64,000 nt of DNA, taken from the IMG/VR virus record IMGVR_UViG_3300021138_000020; one strand, given 5' to 3'. The stretch comes from an uncultured virus (IMG/VR IMGVR_UViG_3300021138_000020). Taxonomy: Duplodnaviria; Heunggongvirae; Uroviricota; Caudoviricetes. A program made the translations under genes and the position numbers. The notes beneath the pieces are model-generated. The model made no database searches. It had not been told where the DNA came from and worked only from the letters and a program-made list of their open reading frames with translations. Below are positions 19,578-30,730 of this stretch, in pieces; position 1 is the stretch's first letter, and each line of letters opens with the position of its first letter.

Positions 19578-22500
19578 CTACGATATTTGCCCGTAATATC
19601 TATTATTTGGAAGCATTGCTCTACCATCTTTTAAGAATGACGGTATAGTCGAAGTACTGCTAGTAATTGACACAGGCTGACCGCCATCACCGTCATTCCA
19701 AGCATTAGTAGCACTGGTCATAGTTTTGACAAAGGTTAATCTAATGTTATCTTGTAGAGTCACTGTAGCAGTGTTTAATACAACGGACGAAGTGACCGTA
19801 TTAATTGTGAAATCCGGTGGCAAGTATTTCATGCCTGCATAGATATAACCCGGAGCAAGAGCACTTTCAAAACCGTTACCTGTAAAGACCCAAACTTGAT
19901 TAGTAGATGTTACAAGATATGCATTGCCGATTTCAGACGATGTTTGACCTAATGTAGTTAAATTATCAACAGATCCAACAATACTAGACATCGGCAAGCT
20001 GTCATAAGTAGAAGTTGTATCAGTTACATAACTTCCTGACTTTCTTAACAAATAGCCTGCATAATAAACTTGTAGAGTATCTTCAGGTCGTTGACCTGTT
20101 GAGTAAGTAGTAGGTAATGTAATTCCATCAAACCTAATTGTAGCAGTTGAATTAGGATATGTCTTATTCGATAAAGAATTTGAGAAAATACTGTATTGGT
20201 ATGTTAGTGTGTTGGTAAATGTATTTTGAATTAATGTCACATCAGAATATGATAGGGATTGATATGACCCTTGATCAAATACTGTAGTGCCAGCAGGCAA
20301 TGACATATTGATACCAGTTCCGTATGTTGCTCTACGCAGTTGACTTAAAACGTGCACACCATTGGTCGCCGATGACGAGAAGTATTCAATACGTTCATCG
20401 TTGATTAATACAACTCCCGGAGTATTGGTTACAATATCCGGTGGTGTAAAACCAGTCACTGATTCTATAAAAATTTCAGTATTGGTAAAAGACAATGGGT
20501 TTGCCAATCGAGTAGAAGCATCTCGATTTATTCTTGTAAATGATGTATTACCTAAAATATCATAGAATATACGATATCCTAAAACTGTTGAAGTTGATCT
20601 GGTATAAACATTAATACCAAGTGTATCAGTTATATGCCCCGGCATTAACTCTTCAGGAGCATAACTAGAGTTAGGAGTTACGAATCCGTATTCACCATCT
20701 AGTGTAATATCAGCAGGATTTACTCCAAGAGCATCCATAATAGTGCCATCAGTCCAGGTGCCGCCTTGAATATAGCTATCGGGTTTGTAGCCGCCATAGG
20801 GATTTTTAAATCCAATGCCTTCATATTGCCCGCCAACTACAACTCCTGGGAAGCTAACACCTACCATTAATTGATCAGGGTCAACCCCCGGCATACCCTC
20901 TGTAGGAGCATATAGGTTATAAATGCGATCGGCAGCATTATATAGATCATAGCTCTTATCATAATGCACTATTAACTTTGTACCTTGTGCAGGAATAATT
21001 GTCAAGAATACAAGATCAGTATAATGTTTGTTATACCCGTTAACTAGTTTAATATAATTCTTTAAGGTATAATCAGCAGACTGAACCAATATTCCGCCTA
21101 GAAGAATTTTTATTTTAGATCTATCAGGTTTAGCAGCCCAAGATAATGTATAGGCCTTACTAAATCCATCACATACAAAAGTATCAACTGTAGAAGTGTT
21201 ACCAATTTGATTTACTACCGAAACTCGATCGAACTTCATTTCGATATTCATTTCTCTTACTGGATTAAATTCAACTGTTGAAGTAGATACTGTTTGGGCA
21301 ACAAATTTAGCACTATCTGAATTATAGTACGACGGGAAGTCAAAATCAGTAAATTTACTATTAGAATTATCTACTAAAGGATAGTTGGTTACAAATGTTC
21401 TTATCTGAGTGTGGTATGGTTTTACTTCTTCAACATACTGTTGGAAATATGCATCATCTAATAATTTGTATACAGGCGGTTGGCCTAGATTTACAGCATT
21501 ATTAGTAACATTAATAAACGAAGTCTTAAATGCCCAGTCCAGCATCTTTTGCTCAGACAGAGCATATTTTACTGCTGCAAAGAACAACAAATTCCAATTG
21601 ACTCTTAATTCGTTGATGAATATATCATCTCTTAATGCTGTTAGAATATATTTTATTTCAATATCAGGAGTTTGATCGTATAAGGTTTGATCATAGGTGT
21701 CATTATTATTAAACCCGTATGATGCACTCCATATAGAATCTAATAACTTTATAGTTCCATTTTGACTATAGAGCAAATTAAAATTGTCGCTGAATGTTCC
21801 CTGTGTTGTTGCAGGATCAATATATTCAAGTATTATATAATTTCCATTGCCGCCATTTAATACCTTGACATAATCGCCAATGTTTAAATTTAGAGTTACG
21901 AGATCATAGACATTGCCCACGGTATATGCATAGTCTCTATAAGGTTTATAATCAGCACTTACCCAATCTACATAATTCCAATATAAGGTCGTGTTGTATT
22001 GCTGAGTATGATAACGTAGCCAAGCACCATCAGTGAAGATAAATTCAGACCATTTACCGTTATAAGTAGAATCATTTAATACAATGACAGTATGTACTCT
22101 CGGCGATGCTGTAAAATTACTTGCATATCCCGATCCTTGGTTAATAATACTTACAGAAATTATCTGCCCTTGTGCATTTACAACCGAGGATACTTTTAAT
22201 CCCGACCCACGAGGGTTATTTAGTGGGTTATCTAAATCAGTAAATGCAGGTCCTTGATAACCAATCTGAGATCCTGTATTATCATATGCAGGATTTAATG
22301 CTCCATATCCATTTCCTGCATTTAAAATGCTAACACCGGTAACATTGCCATTTTGATTTACAGTAAATTCTATTTCTGCTTTAACAAAGATACTGGTATC
22401 AATTCGATCAAAGGCATAATTATCTTCTACTAGTTGATCATAAAGATTTAAACTAACGTCTGGATAATTTTCTTGTGCTTCTAAATTGGCAAGACTATAA

Positions 22501-25500
22501 TTGCTGGTTATTATGGTAGCGGTCAGTACCGAATTTGCAAATTCAATAACATTACGCAAAGCCTTTATTCTATCGACAAACATTGTTTGGCGAGGTCGAA
22601 TCTCTATTCCGTAACGAGTGCGAGAAGATAGGGCAGGATCGGGTACAATATTACCCAAACTATCGTGTCCTAGTAGACTATCAAATAATTTTTGCTCTAG
22701 CGACGAGCTCGGCATACTGGCTGCAGAATCTTCTTGTAACAACAACCACGATGTATGCAGTGGAATAGAATTATTAATAGTATCTTGAGACACATTAAGA
22801 TTGATTCTATCTCCAATTAACAAATTGCCGACATTGCTCAATGCAATGGCATTTCTAGATATAAATGCAGCATAATGCAATCCGTAGGCAGTAGGATCCG
22901 CAATAACACTGGCCGCTTGATAAGAACTTATTCTACGACCTGCAACATTAGGAACAGTGATTTTATTTTTAACCCAGTAAAAATATACATTACTGAATGT
23001 GCTAGTTATCGGATCATATACCTGTTTAACACTAATTGAACTATTGTCGGCAAATTTAGGTTGGCCGCTGATTCCTTGTGTTAGGCCTGCAGGAGTATCT
23101 GCTTGGGAACTCCACTCGCTAGGTAGTAATGTAGATCCTACCCATTCGTAGACATCGATAGTAGCCCCCGGGAACAGATTACCCCAGTTGTTTTTACGAT
23201 ATTCTAATTCGCCTTGTTCATACCATATAAATTTTGCAGTGCTTAGATCCCACCATAGTTCACCTACGTGAGCATCTAACCAGTTTTTATTAGTATCAAC
23301 ATTGACCCCAGCAGTACCTATAGAATATATAGCAGGGTCACTGATCAACTTATAAGTTAACTCTTGTTCAGCAGTTCCAGAAATCTTTCCTTTTATAGGA
23401 TCAATAAACTCTAGATATTCTAAAACATCTTCTTTAAATGTATCAAGTAAAGTTATTTTCTTAACTGTATCAATAACTGTTAAATCTTCTTGAACGCGTA
23501 GCTGTTTTAATCCGTTAACAGCAGCGTCTATAACATCAAACTGAACAATTCCGCTAATAGCCGAATGATTACTAGCCGAAGGAGCACCCACATAGATAGT
23601 ATTGTCGCTGCTCATTGCTAGACTATTACCGTAATTACTTCCTGACAATGTATTAAAGTCGGAAGAAGCAATTTCTTGTGCATATACAAATCTAGAATCT
23701 TGTCTAACATATAGATAAACTGCTCCTGAATCAGTTACACTATCATAAAAAGTTGTAGATCCTTGATCAAAAATATCAGTACCTTGATCAAAGGATGTTG
23801 TGGTTTCAAATGTACCTTTAGACGAAATAATTAAATGATCAACTGAAGAATTTACATCAATAGAAATACCAAAATTTGAATTACCATCTGCACTAGGATT
23901 TGTTATAACCTGTGTTAATGTAAATATTCCATTAACATTAGCATACACAGCGACCTGCCCTTTTGCATCAATTGAATTATATGCATAAGGATCCGAAACA
24001 AACAAATAATTGCCAGCTGTTGATACATGAACTGTTGTTCCAAATGCTTGTCCATTCTCAAATGGCGATGTAATCAATTGTGATTGATAGTAAAAATAAT
24101 TGAATACAGAAACAATTCCCGTCGAATGCCCCGGGGCACTAATTGCAACATAACTGCCGTTGTCTGCACCGCTAATCGAATAACCCCATTGATCGCCGCT
24201 CGATAAACTGATACCCACTGGTGTTAGTGTACTACGAGATGTTGCTGTTAAAGGAACACCTTCAACCTTGTATTGGTGTACAGCACCGGTGGAGTTTGCA
24301 TTAGGTGCTCCCACCAGCATTGTTTTACTGGCAACATTTTTTTGTACAAATAAGCTAGAACCAAAATTACCGTTTGCTTCAGGGCCTGTTATTACTACTA
24401 GAGACTGTTCTTCTAGATACTGATTAATGCCACTGATTTTTACAGCACCCCTATTACTAGAAGATCCTGGAGCGCCCGCAAAGATTAATCCATAAGCTGA
24501 TGTTGAATAAGGTAGACTATCATAGGCTACAGAATAGCCTAATCCTAGACCATTGTCAAAATCTGGATCATATTGAGTCAATAGTGAAAGATTTTTGTTG
24601 TTAACATTGTAGACAAATACACGACCGGCACCGTCATTTGGATCAAAATAAGGCGAGCCGGATACCAATACGGTTCCATCAGATGATAGATCTATGCTAT
24701 ATCCGTGTCCTTGCCCCGTTGGTGTATCAGATGCCAAATAGGCTTCGGAAGTATAGTTGTTTACTTTTTCGTATACTGCCCAAGGAGTAGAGCCGTCTTG
24801 AGCACCGTCTACCCAGTATAGAGATCCTTCATTGTTTAGATAAAGATCTGCATCACTAGGTAGGGCATCAAAAGACGTATATCTAGCACTGACAAATTCA
24901 AATAGTTGTCCTGGCGACAACAACGGCGCATTGGTAATAGAAGCCAGTGTGCTAGCAACAGAGAATTGGGTATACTGAGGTATTTCTTGAACAATATATA
25001 CACCGTCCACTTGTCCATTGAAATTAACAACAGATACAACCGTGCCTGCTGATAAATTATGCGCCCTGTCTGTGGTAAATGTAATACGACTTACTGGGCT
25101 GCTGACATATACTCCTACTACTTGCGCAGGTGATTTTGTATAACGTAAAACATCCCAGTTGCCATCTTGTGTAAATCCTAGCCACACCGTGTCACCGCTG
25201 TTTAGTTTATTGTTATTTGCAATATCCAATAAACTGTTTTCGTTGTAGGCTGTGGCAGTAACATCATCAAGTCTTACATAACCTGCTGACAATAATTTTA
25301 TTATATCAGTCGTTGATGTTGTAATAAATGATTGACTAGCCGTATAATTCTTTGGTAGAATTTCTAAATCACTAGGAGTAACATAGTGTATAGAATCATT
25401 AGGATTTGAAGTCGGGACCGAATCTACTAGACTGATGATTTGCGGATTTTCTATAAATGTTCCTTCAGTTAAAGGAATCTCTATTTCTTGATAGGTAGAA

Positions 25501-28500
25501 TAAGAGCCATAATGGCCTACGCGGAATGCCCATTCTTCGTTATAGGTAATATCACCTTGTAGATTTTGTAGGCTAGCTTTGCCTAATTTGGCAATGGCAT
25601 TCTCTGTACCTTTTTCTTTAATAAATCCTTGATAGAATTTATATTGTGCAATAGGATCAGTAAAGACATTGTTTAGATATACTCGAGGAGTGTATCCTGT
25701 TAAATGCTGTGCCATTTTTTCTTGACCAACATCAAAGTTATCGATGTCTAGGCTATAGAAATCTTGGAACTGATTAGTTTTATAATTAAAGTTTGGTAAT
25801 AATTTAGGCTTTGGTTTACCTGTTAGTGTATTCCACTGTGTTGCATCAAATGCCGGTGTAGCACCTATTGCATTAATTGCACTGTAATAATTTCCGTTGT
25901 AATAAACAACATCCCCAGGACGATACGAAACATACGGAGACCATACGCTGGTTATTGCTTGATCATAGATAAATCCGGGACTATAAATATCACCGTTCCA
26001 ATTAGCAGTTCTAAAACCTACTAATTTCATTCTGTGTTGACGACTGCCAGTTTCAATATTAAAAATAACATCGCCAAAATCATCTTTATTATCAAATATA
26101 ATTCCGTGTTCTTTTTGTATGCAATTTAATCTAGCAAAATATATGCCAGCCGTATTAGGTAGGGTAGCAATTGTGCACAATCCATTTAATCTAGAAATAG
26201 TTAGATCCTTTTGAGGATACGGATTGCCGTCAGCTTTTAATATACTATATTGATAAAAATTGTTAAACAAATTATCAACTACCACTCGGTCAGCTTGGAA
26301 TTTAATTTTATCAGCAAATGGACTTATTGTGAGTACGCTAGTGTCGCCCCAATTTTGTGTCGACCAAAAGAGGAACTCATTGGCAGAAAAATTCCAATCT
26401 AAAACTACATCTAGATCAATATTATGTTCGTCGAATATAAATCCTTGATCAGTTAACCAGCGACCGTAGCCTAGAATGAAATCATATACTTCCTGTATAG
26501 ATGTAAATTCTGTTCCATACAGCACACGAGTCGGAGTAGGATTAAAGTTTAAAGCTATTTGAACCGTAGCACCGCCCTTGGTAGGCAAGCTAGGTAGAAT
26601 TTGATATAACGCAGAATTAAACACTTGTTCTGCTTGATGTGCTACAGTAACTCTATAATAATTACTACCATATTGAACAATTTGACCTACAGGATAGAAG
26701 TTTGTAGAATTGCCTGCCTTGGCAGTGGTAACTTGTTCGGTAGATAAACCAGTAGCTCCTTGAGACCCGCTAGGACTCCAGGTAACATATGGCTCAGTAA
26801 CCCCGCCAATGGTTATTGTACGAGTATTAGAATTTCTTAAAGGAGCATAACAATTAAAATATGGCTCTTGAGTGTCGTACCCTTTGATTACAAAATTTCC
26901 ATTATTTTTTTCTATAATAATTCCAGACACTCCTAGCGATAAAATAGGGTTGCTAGAATTTAGTCTAAGAGTATAATTCTGATTAGGTAACAATGCACCC
27001 GGATCTCTAGTAGTAGGTTCATATGCATCAATAATAACTTGCAAGGTTGATTGATCAACAAATCCGCCTACCTTAAAGAATAGATTATAGTTTGCATAAG
27101 ATAAATCTTGTTGCAATTCATTGAGATAATTAGTAGATCTTTGTTGTCCTACTTCTGAAACTAACACACTATAACCATTAGTCAATGCATTATTTTTTTC
27201 AAAGATAGGAACGGAGTTAATATTTAAAAACTTATATTCAGATCCATATGTCCACTGACCTGCAGAATTTTTAAACATTCGACTAGGGTCATACATATAT
27301 GATGCGTAGACTAATGGTCTAGTCAATGCTAACAATTTTTGTAGTGCAAATGGCCAGTAACTACTTCTACGCCAAGCAGTTTCTTGAGGACCTTGGTCGC
27401 CTGCTTGCCAGTCGCGGCGTATATCAGGCGGTGCTCCGGCAGTGACAAGATTATCAATCGGTGATAACAACTTGCCATAGTCATCCACAGGTATAATTTC
27501 GCTTAGACCAGGACGAGCATAAAAAGCATGAACTCCTTTAGTAGGACCATCGGCAATATATCCTTGTTCTAAATCATTCCATAAAATTCCATTACCGGAA
27601 GTATACGGGGCAGGTCCGTATCTATCTTCCCACCAGTCGGGCATAACACTGAATCCTAGCATTTCCCAAGGACAAATATGAGGGCGATCAGTGTCGTAGA
27701 AATATTTAAACAACGATCTCCAAGATCCTGATACAGGGCTGTCTAATAGTGAGCTGTAGGATTTAGAATAATTCCAAGTCTTTGGGGTAGATGCACTGAA
27801 AAATTTAGTATTGTCTGTATAGTCAATGCTGTATTTTCCAGCCCATCTTGTAAAATCTTCAGTGACTATTGCATTAATTTCGTCAATGGAATAGTCTGTT
27901 GTTCTAAATGCACCAGGTATAATTGTATTAACATCTAATAGGTCGGGATTGTATCCTACCTTTATATTATTATAGACACGCTTTTCAAACTCTAAAATTG
28001 CATCATCTCTATAATCGCCGTAGGCAACAGTAATACTGCCGTCGTGTCCTTGTATGACTCGCTGATGTACCACATAAGTAGTATCGATAAAAATAGATGG
28101 AACATACTTAGGATATAGACCCAGCTTGCTAGGAGTAGGCGGAATAAAAGATCCGCGAGTATCTGCATAGTCCTTTAATAAAATTTTATCACCAAAATTT
28201 AATTTTATTAAAATGTTTACCAACGGATCAACAGTATCAAACGTATAATCTCTGCCGTAGACTAATTGTTTTCCGTTTACATATACCAACACAGATCGTT
28301 GACTCAACGAGTTTAGATCAAATTCTGTGAATAATGGATAGCTTGTAACATTAATATCTGCTACTACCCAAGATCTTAATTTAGCATCATTGCCGTAGGC
28401 CAACATATCTGATTGATAATACGGACTTAGAGGACCCTGACTAACATTCATTGTAGTCAGTGCTTGATCTAGGGCAGCAATAGTATCTGTTTGATTACTA

Positions 28501-30728
28501 GATTTAGTTAATTGATTTATTAAACCAAATTTAAATTGATTATATTGATCACTAGCCTTGGTAATTGCATCTATAATGCTATGTTCTTTTTTACCAATAA
28601 ACATGTGTGCAAAAGAAATAGGATTTGCATTAGATATCAATTGAGTACCGAGGTGGCTATAATTGCCCATGTCTCTAAGATTAGTACCGCCTAACATTGT
28701 AGTTTGATAATTAGGCAATTTATTAATCATAGTATTAACATGTTCTGTTAATTCACTGAGTGTAAAAGACGATATAGAACCATTTAACGGATTGTTAGTT
28801 AAACTTAGAGACTCTAAATAGTATCCAGAATTTGTAGGAGTCTGAGAAGTGTAAGCTTCAATTAATACAACATCAGAATTAGTTAATGTATTGTTAAAAT
28901 TTATGAAATATCCGCCGACAGAACTTGTTGTTATCGAGTATTTGTCGTTGGTTAATTTTATTTGAGAATTATTTAGGTATACATCTGTGATTAAATCTTT
29001 ATCCAATAACGGGCTATTAACTGATGTCAGTTGTATTGTTGATGTAGAAAACTTAGGTGTTGTGACCTGTAAAATAGGTAAATGATAATTAGGAACACTA
29101 TCCCAGATATTATAAAAATTATTTCCTACTTTAAAGTATGTAATAGAGGTTGGAATAGAATACGATTCTAATGAATTAATTACAACATTAATTTTATCAT
29201 TACTAAAGTAATTAGCAAACAAGAAACTACCTATGGCATTGATATTTCTATATGAAAGAGGGAATCCTAGATAAGGATCTGCTTCGCCTGTACCCACTTG
29301 ATAACCAAAAATTTGATTACCAGTAAAATTGTCTAAGTAATAATCAGTATCGCTATAGCTGTTGCCAGACTCGTCGAATAAATCAAATAAGGGAGCCTGA
29401 TTTAATTTAGTTTTTTGTTGTGCAAAAATCCAAGTGCTGCCATTATACCACCAACTAGATCCTGCATAAGTTGATCCATTAGTAATTGTTACTACATCAG
29501 AAACGCTAGGAACATTGTCATAGGTAGGTTGTAAAGTAACGGTTAATTTTCCGTTAATAGAAACAAATACCACTTCATATATTTTTCCAACGATGCGAGG
29601 ATCTTCGGCGGCATTAAAAATAATACGATGACCGGGTTCTAGCATCACTCCATCAACATACACCAATGAAAGACCTGTTCTAGGATTAACAAGGACACCG
29701 TCTATATCATTAAAAGGAAAAACACTGGTGGTGTCAATAAAGTCAACTGGCTCTATACCAATTGATCCAAAATTATAAAGCTGAATTCCTGCATTAAATT
29801 CTACAATAGGTCGCTGTGCTCGTTTATCAGCAGGAAGAACTGGCGGTATTCCATTAGCTGCTGCACTTGCAATAATAACATCTCGATGCACCCAGCGATT
29901 ATATCTAGACCAAGGATTTAAATCGGGGCTGGCACGATTGATTGTAATATATTCAGGATTAACCGGCAAGCGTCTGTTAGAATCAAAACCAAAGTTTGCA
30001 AAAGAATCACCGTCAAATTGGTCTCTGTAAACTGACGAATAGCTAACATATTCTGTATAGGTATTGGCAGAGACTACAAGATCGTCAAGTAGTACTAGAG
30101 TAATGCTGGTGCCTACACCCTCTACATAGTATTCATTACGCCAATATTTTTTATTCACTTCAGGATTACTAAATGTCACTATCATACCATTAGACAATGT
30201 AACATTTAATCCAGTGACTGTAGCTGTAAAAGTATAAGAAGGTTGTCCTACAATATCTCTGTCAACATCCAACCCAGGAGTAATAATTTCAATAACTTCT
30301 GTAGTATCTGTACCCATCCAGTAGTAGTGCTGATAGTTAACAAGTTTATCCCAATCGATATGAGGATTGTAAGAATAAATTTCAGATCTAAACAATCTAT
30401 CTAAATTATTAGTATTTGCACCTTTTACACCAAGTTCGTTGATAAGATCGTCGTAACCTTGCACATCTTGTATGTTGCTAAGAGCATCTCTAGTTACTAG
30501 AGCAGGATCTAGCTGATAATCTCGTCTTAATTCCGTATTTTCAGCAATGTAAACATCACTGGTAGAGTTGTAAGTAGGTGTTAACTTAGAACCGATATAG
30601 CCGTCGATGCGTTCCAACTGAGCAGGTTGAATCATTTGATCCAGCGTGCTGGCTAGAAATTTTGCATTTCTATCAGTTTGCAAAGTGATAGGTAAAAAAT
30701 TAACTGATCGAATAGTTGCGGTTGTCAT
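19578..30728 (-). CDS. Giant (3716 aa) baseplate/virion structural protein
   Basis: Uninterrupted 11.1-kb ORF after gp6. FG-GAP-like repeats (FGSSL..MLVGAP, YGNSL..YVGAP), CBM-like motifs, and VKPYHT near the C-terminus. Confidence 0.8.
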   Translation of the reverse strand: MTTATIRSVNFLPITLQTDRNAKFLASTLDQMIQPAQLERIDGYIGSKLTPTYNSTSDVYIAENTELRRDYQLDPALVTRDALSNIQDVQGYDDLINELGVKGANTNNLDRLFRSEIYSYNPHIDWDKLVNYQHYYWMGTDTTEVIEIITPGLDVDRDIVGQPSYTFTATVTGLNVTLSNGMIVTFSNPEVNKKYWRNEYYVEGVGTSITLVLLDDLVVSANTYTEYVSYSSVYRDQFDGDSFANFGFDSNRRLPVNPEYITINRASPDLNPWSRYNRWVHRDVIIASAAANGIPPVLPADKRAQRPIVEFNAGIQLYNFGSIGIEPVDFIDTTSVFPFNDIDGVLVNPRTGLSLVYVDGVMLEPGHRIIFNAAEDPRIVGKIYEVVFVSINGKLTVTLQPTYDNVPSVSDVVTITNGSTYAGSSWWYNGSTWIFAQQKTKLNQAPLFDLFDESGNSYSDTDYYLDNFTGNQIFGYQVGTGEADPYLGFPLSYRNINAIGSFLFANYFSNDKINVVINSLESYSIPTSITYFKVGNNFYNIWDSVPNYHLPILQVTTPKFSTSTIQLTSVNSPLLDKDLITDVYLNNSQIKLTNDKYSITTSSVGGYFINFNNTLTNSDVVLIEAYTSQTPTNSGYYLESLSLTNNPLNGSISSFTLSELTEHVNTMINKLPNYQTTMLGGTNLRDMGNYSHLGTQLISNANPISFAHMFIGKKEHSIIDAITKASDQYNQFKFGLINQLTKSSNQTDTIAALDQALTTMNVSQGPLSPYYQSDMLAYGNDAKLRSWVVADINVTSYPLFTEFDLNSLSQRSVLVYVNGKQLVYGRDYTFDTVDPLVNILIKLNFGDKILLKDYADTRGSFIPPTPSKLGLYPKYVPSIFIDTTYVVHQRVIQGHDGSITVAYGDYRDDAILEFEKRVYNNIKVGYNPDLLDVNTIIPGAFRTTDYSIDEINAIVTEDFTRWAGKYSIDYTDNTKFFSASTPKTWNYSKSYSSLLDSPVSGSWRSLFKYFYDTDRPHICPWEMLGFSVMPDWWEDRYGPAPYTSGNGILWNDLEQGYIADGPTKGVHAFYARPGLSEIIPVDDYGKLLSPIDNLVTAGAPPDIRRDWQAGDQGPQETAWRRSSYWPFALQKLLALTRPLVYASYMYDPSRMFKNSAGQWTYGSEYKFLNINSVPIFEKNNALTNGYSVLVSEVGQQRSTNYLNELQQDLSYANYNLFFKVGGFVDQSTLQVIIDAYEPTTRDPGALLPNQNYTLRLNSSNPILSLGVSGIIIEKNNGNFVIKGYDTQEPYFNCYAPLRNSNTRTITIGGVTEPYVTWSPSGSQGATGLSTEQVTTAKAGNSTNFYPVGQIVQYGSNYYRVTVAHQAEQVFNSALYQILPSLPTKGGATVQIALNFNPTPTRVLYGTEFTSIQEVYDFILGYGRWLTDQGFIFDEHNIDLDVVLDWNFSANEFLFWSTQNWGDTSVLTISPFADKIKFQADRVVVDNLFNNFYQYSILKADGNPYPQKDLTISRLNGLCTIATLPNTAGIYFARLNCIQKEHGIIFDNKDDFGDVIFNIETGSRQHRMKLVGFRTANWNGDIYSPGFIYDQAITSVWSPYVSYRPGDVVYYNGNYYSAINAIGATPAFDATQWNTLTGKPKPKLLPNFNYKTNQFQDFYSLDIDNFDVGQEKMAQHLTGYTPRVYLNNVFTDPIAQYKFYQGFIKEKGTENAIAKLGKASLQNLQGDITYNEEWAFRVGHYGSYSTYQEIEIPLTEGTFIENPQIISLVDSVPTSNPNDSIHYVTPSDLEILPKNYTASQSFITTSTTDIIKLLSAGYVRLDDVTATAYNENSLLDIANNNKLNSGDTVWLGFTQDGNWDVLRYTKSPAQVVGVYVSSPVSRITFTTDRAHNLSAGTVVSVVNFNGQVDGVYIVQEIPQYTQFSVASTLASITNAPLLSPGQLFEFVSARYTSFDALPSDADLYLNNEGSLYWVDGAQDGSTPWAVYEKVNNYTSEAYLASDTPTGQGHGYSIDLSSDGTVLVSGSPYFDPNDGAGRVFVYNVNNKNLSLLTQYDPDFDNGLGLGYSVAYDSLPYSTSAYGLIFAGAPGSSSNRGAVKISGINQYLEEQSLVVITGPEANGNFGSSLFVQKNVASKTMLVGAPNANSTGAVHQYKVEGVPLTATSRSTLTPVGISLSSGDQWGYSISGADNGSYVAISAPGHSTGIVSVFNYFYYQSQLITSPFENGQAFGTTVHVSTAGNYLFVSDPYAYNSIDAKGQVAVYANVNGIFTLTQVITNPSADGNSNFGISIDVNSSVDHLIISSKGTFETTTSFDQGTDIFDQGSTTFYDSVTDSGAVYLYVRQDSRFVYAQEIASSDFNTLSGSNYGNSLAMSSDNTIYVGAPSASNHSAISGIVQFDVIDAAVNGLKQLRVQEDLTVIDTVKKITLLDTFKEDVLEYLEFIDPIKGKISGTAEQELTYKLISDPAIYSIGTAGVNVDTNKNWLDAHVGELWWDLSTAKFIWYEQGELEYRKNNWGNLFPGATIDVYEWVGSTLLPSEWSSQADTPAGLTQGISGQPKFADNSSISVKQVYDPITSTFSNVYFYWVKNKITVPNVAGRRISSYQAASVIADPTAYGLHYAAFISRNAIALSNVGNLLIGDRINLNVSQDTINNSIPLHTSWLLLQEDSAASMPSSSLEQKLFDSLLGHDSLGNIVPDPALSSRTRYGIEIRPRQTMFVDRIKALRNVIEFANSVLTATIITSNYSLANLEAQENYPDVSLNLYDQLVEDNYAFDRIDTSIFVKAEIEFTVNQNGNVTGVSILNAGNGYGALNPAYDNTGSQIGYQGPAFTDLDNPLNNPRGSGLKVSSVVNAQGQIISVSIINQGSGYASNFTASPRVHTVIVLNDSTYNGKWSEFIFTDGAWLRYHTQQYNTTLYWNYVDWVSADYKPYRDYAYTVGNVYDLVTLNLNIGDYVKVLNGGNGNYIILEYIDPATTQGTFSDNFNLLYSQNGTIKLLDSIWSASYGFNNNDTYDQTLYDQTPDIEIKYILTALRDDIFINELRVNWNLLFFAAVKYALSEQKMLDWAFKTSFINVTNNAVNLGQPPVYKLLDDAYFQQYVEEVKPYHTQIRTFVTNYPLVDNSNSKFTDFDFPSYYNSDSAKFVAQTVSTSTVEFNPVREMNIEMKFDRVSVVNQIGNTSTVDTFVCDGFSKAYTLSWAAKPDRSKIKILLGGILVQSADYTLKNYIKLVNGYNKHYTDLVFLTIIPAQGTKLIVHYDKSYDLYNAADRIYNLYAPTEGMPGVDPDQLMVGVSFPGVVVGGQYEGIGFKNPYGGYKPDSYIQGGTWTDGTIMDALGVNPADITLDGEYGFVTPNSSYAPEELMPGHITDTLGINVYTRSTSTVLGYRIFYDILGNTSFTRINRDASTRLANPLSFTNTEIFIESVTGFTPPDIVTNTPGVVLINDERIEYFSSSATNGVHVLSQLRRATYGTGINMSLPAGTTVFDQGSYQSLSYSDVTLIQNTFTNTLTYQYSIFSNSLSNKTYPNSTATIRFDGITLPTTYSTGQRPEDTLQVYYAGYLLRKSGSYVTDTTSTYDSLPMSSIVGSVDNLTTLGQTSSEIGNAYLVTSTNQVWVFTGNGFESALAPGYIYAGMKYLPPDFTINTVTSSVVLNTATVTLQDNIRLTFVKTMTSATNAWNDGDGGQPVSITSSTSTIPSFLKDGRAMLPNNRYYGQIS

Positions 30729-30730
30729 TA

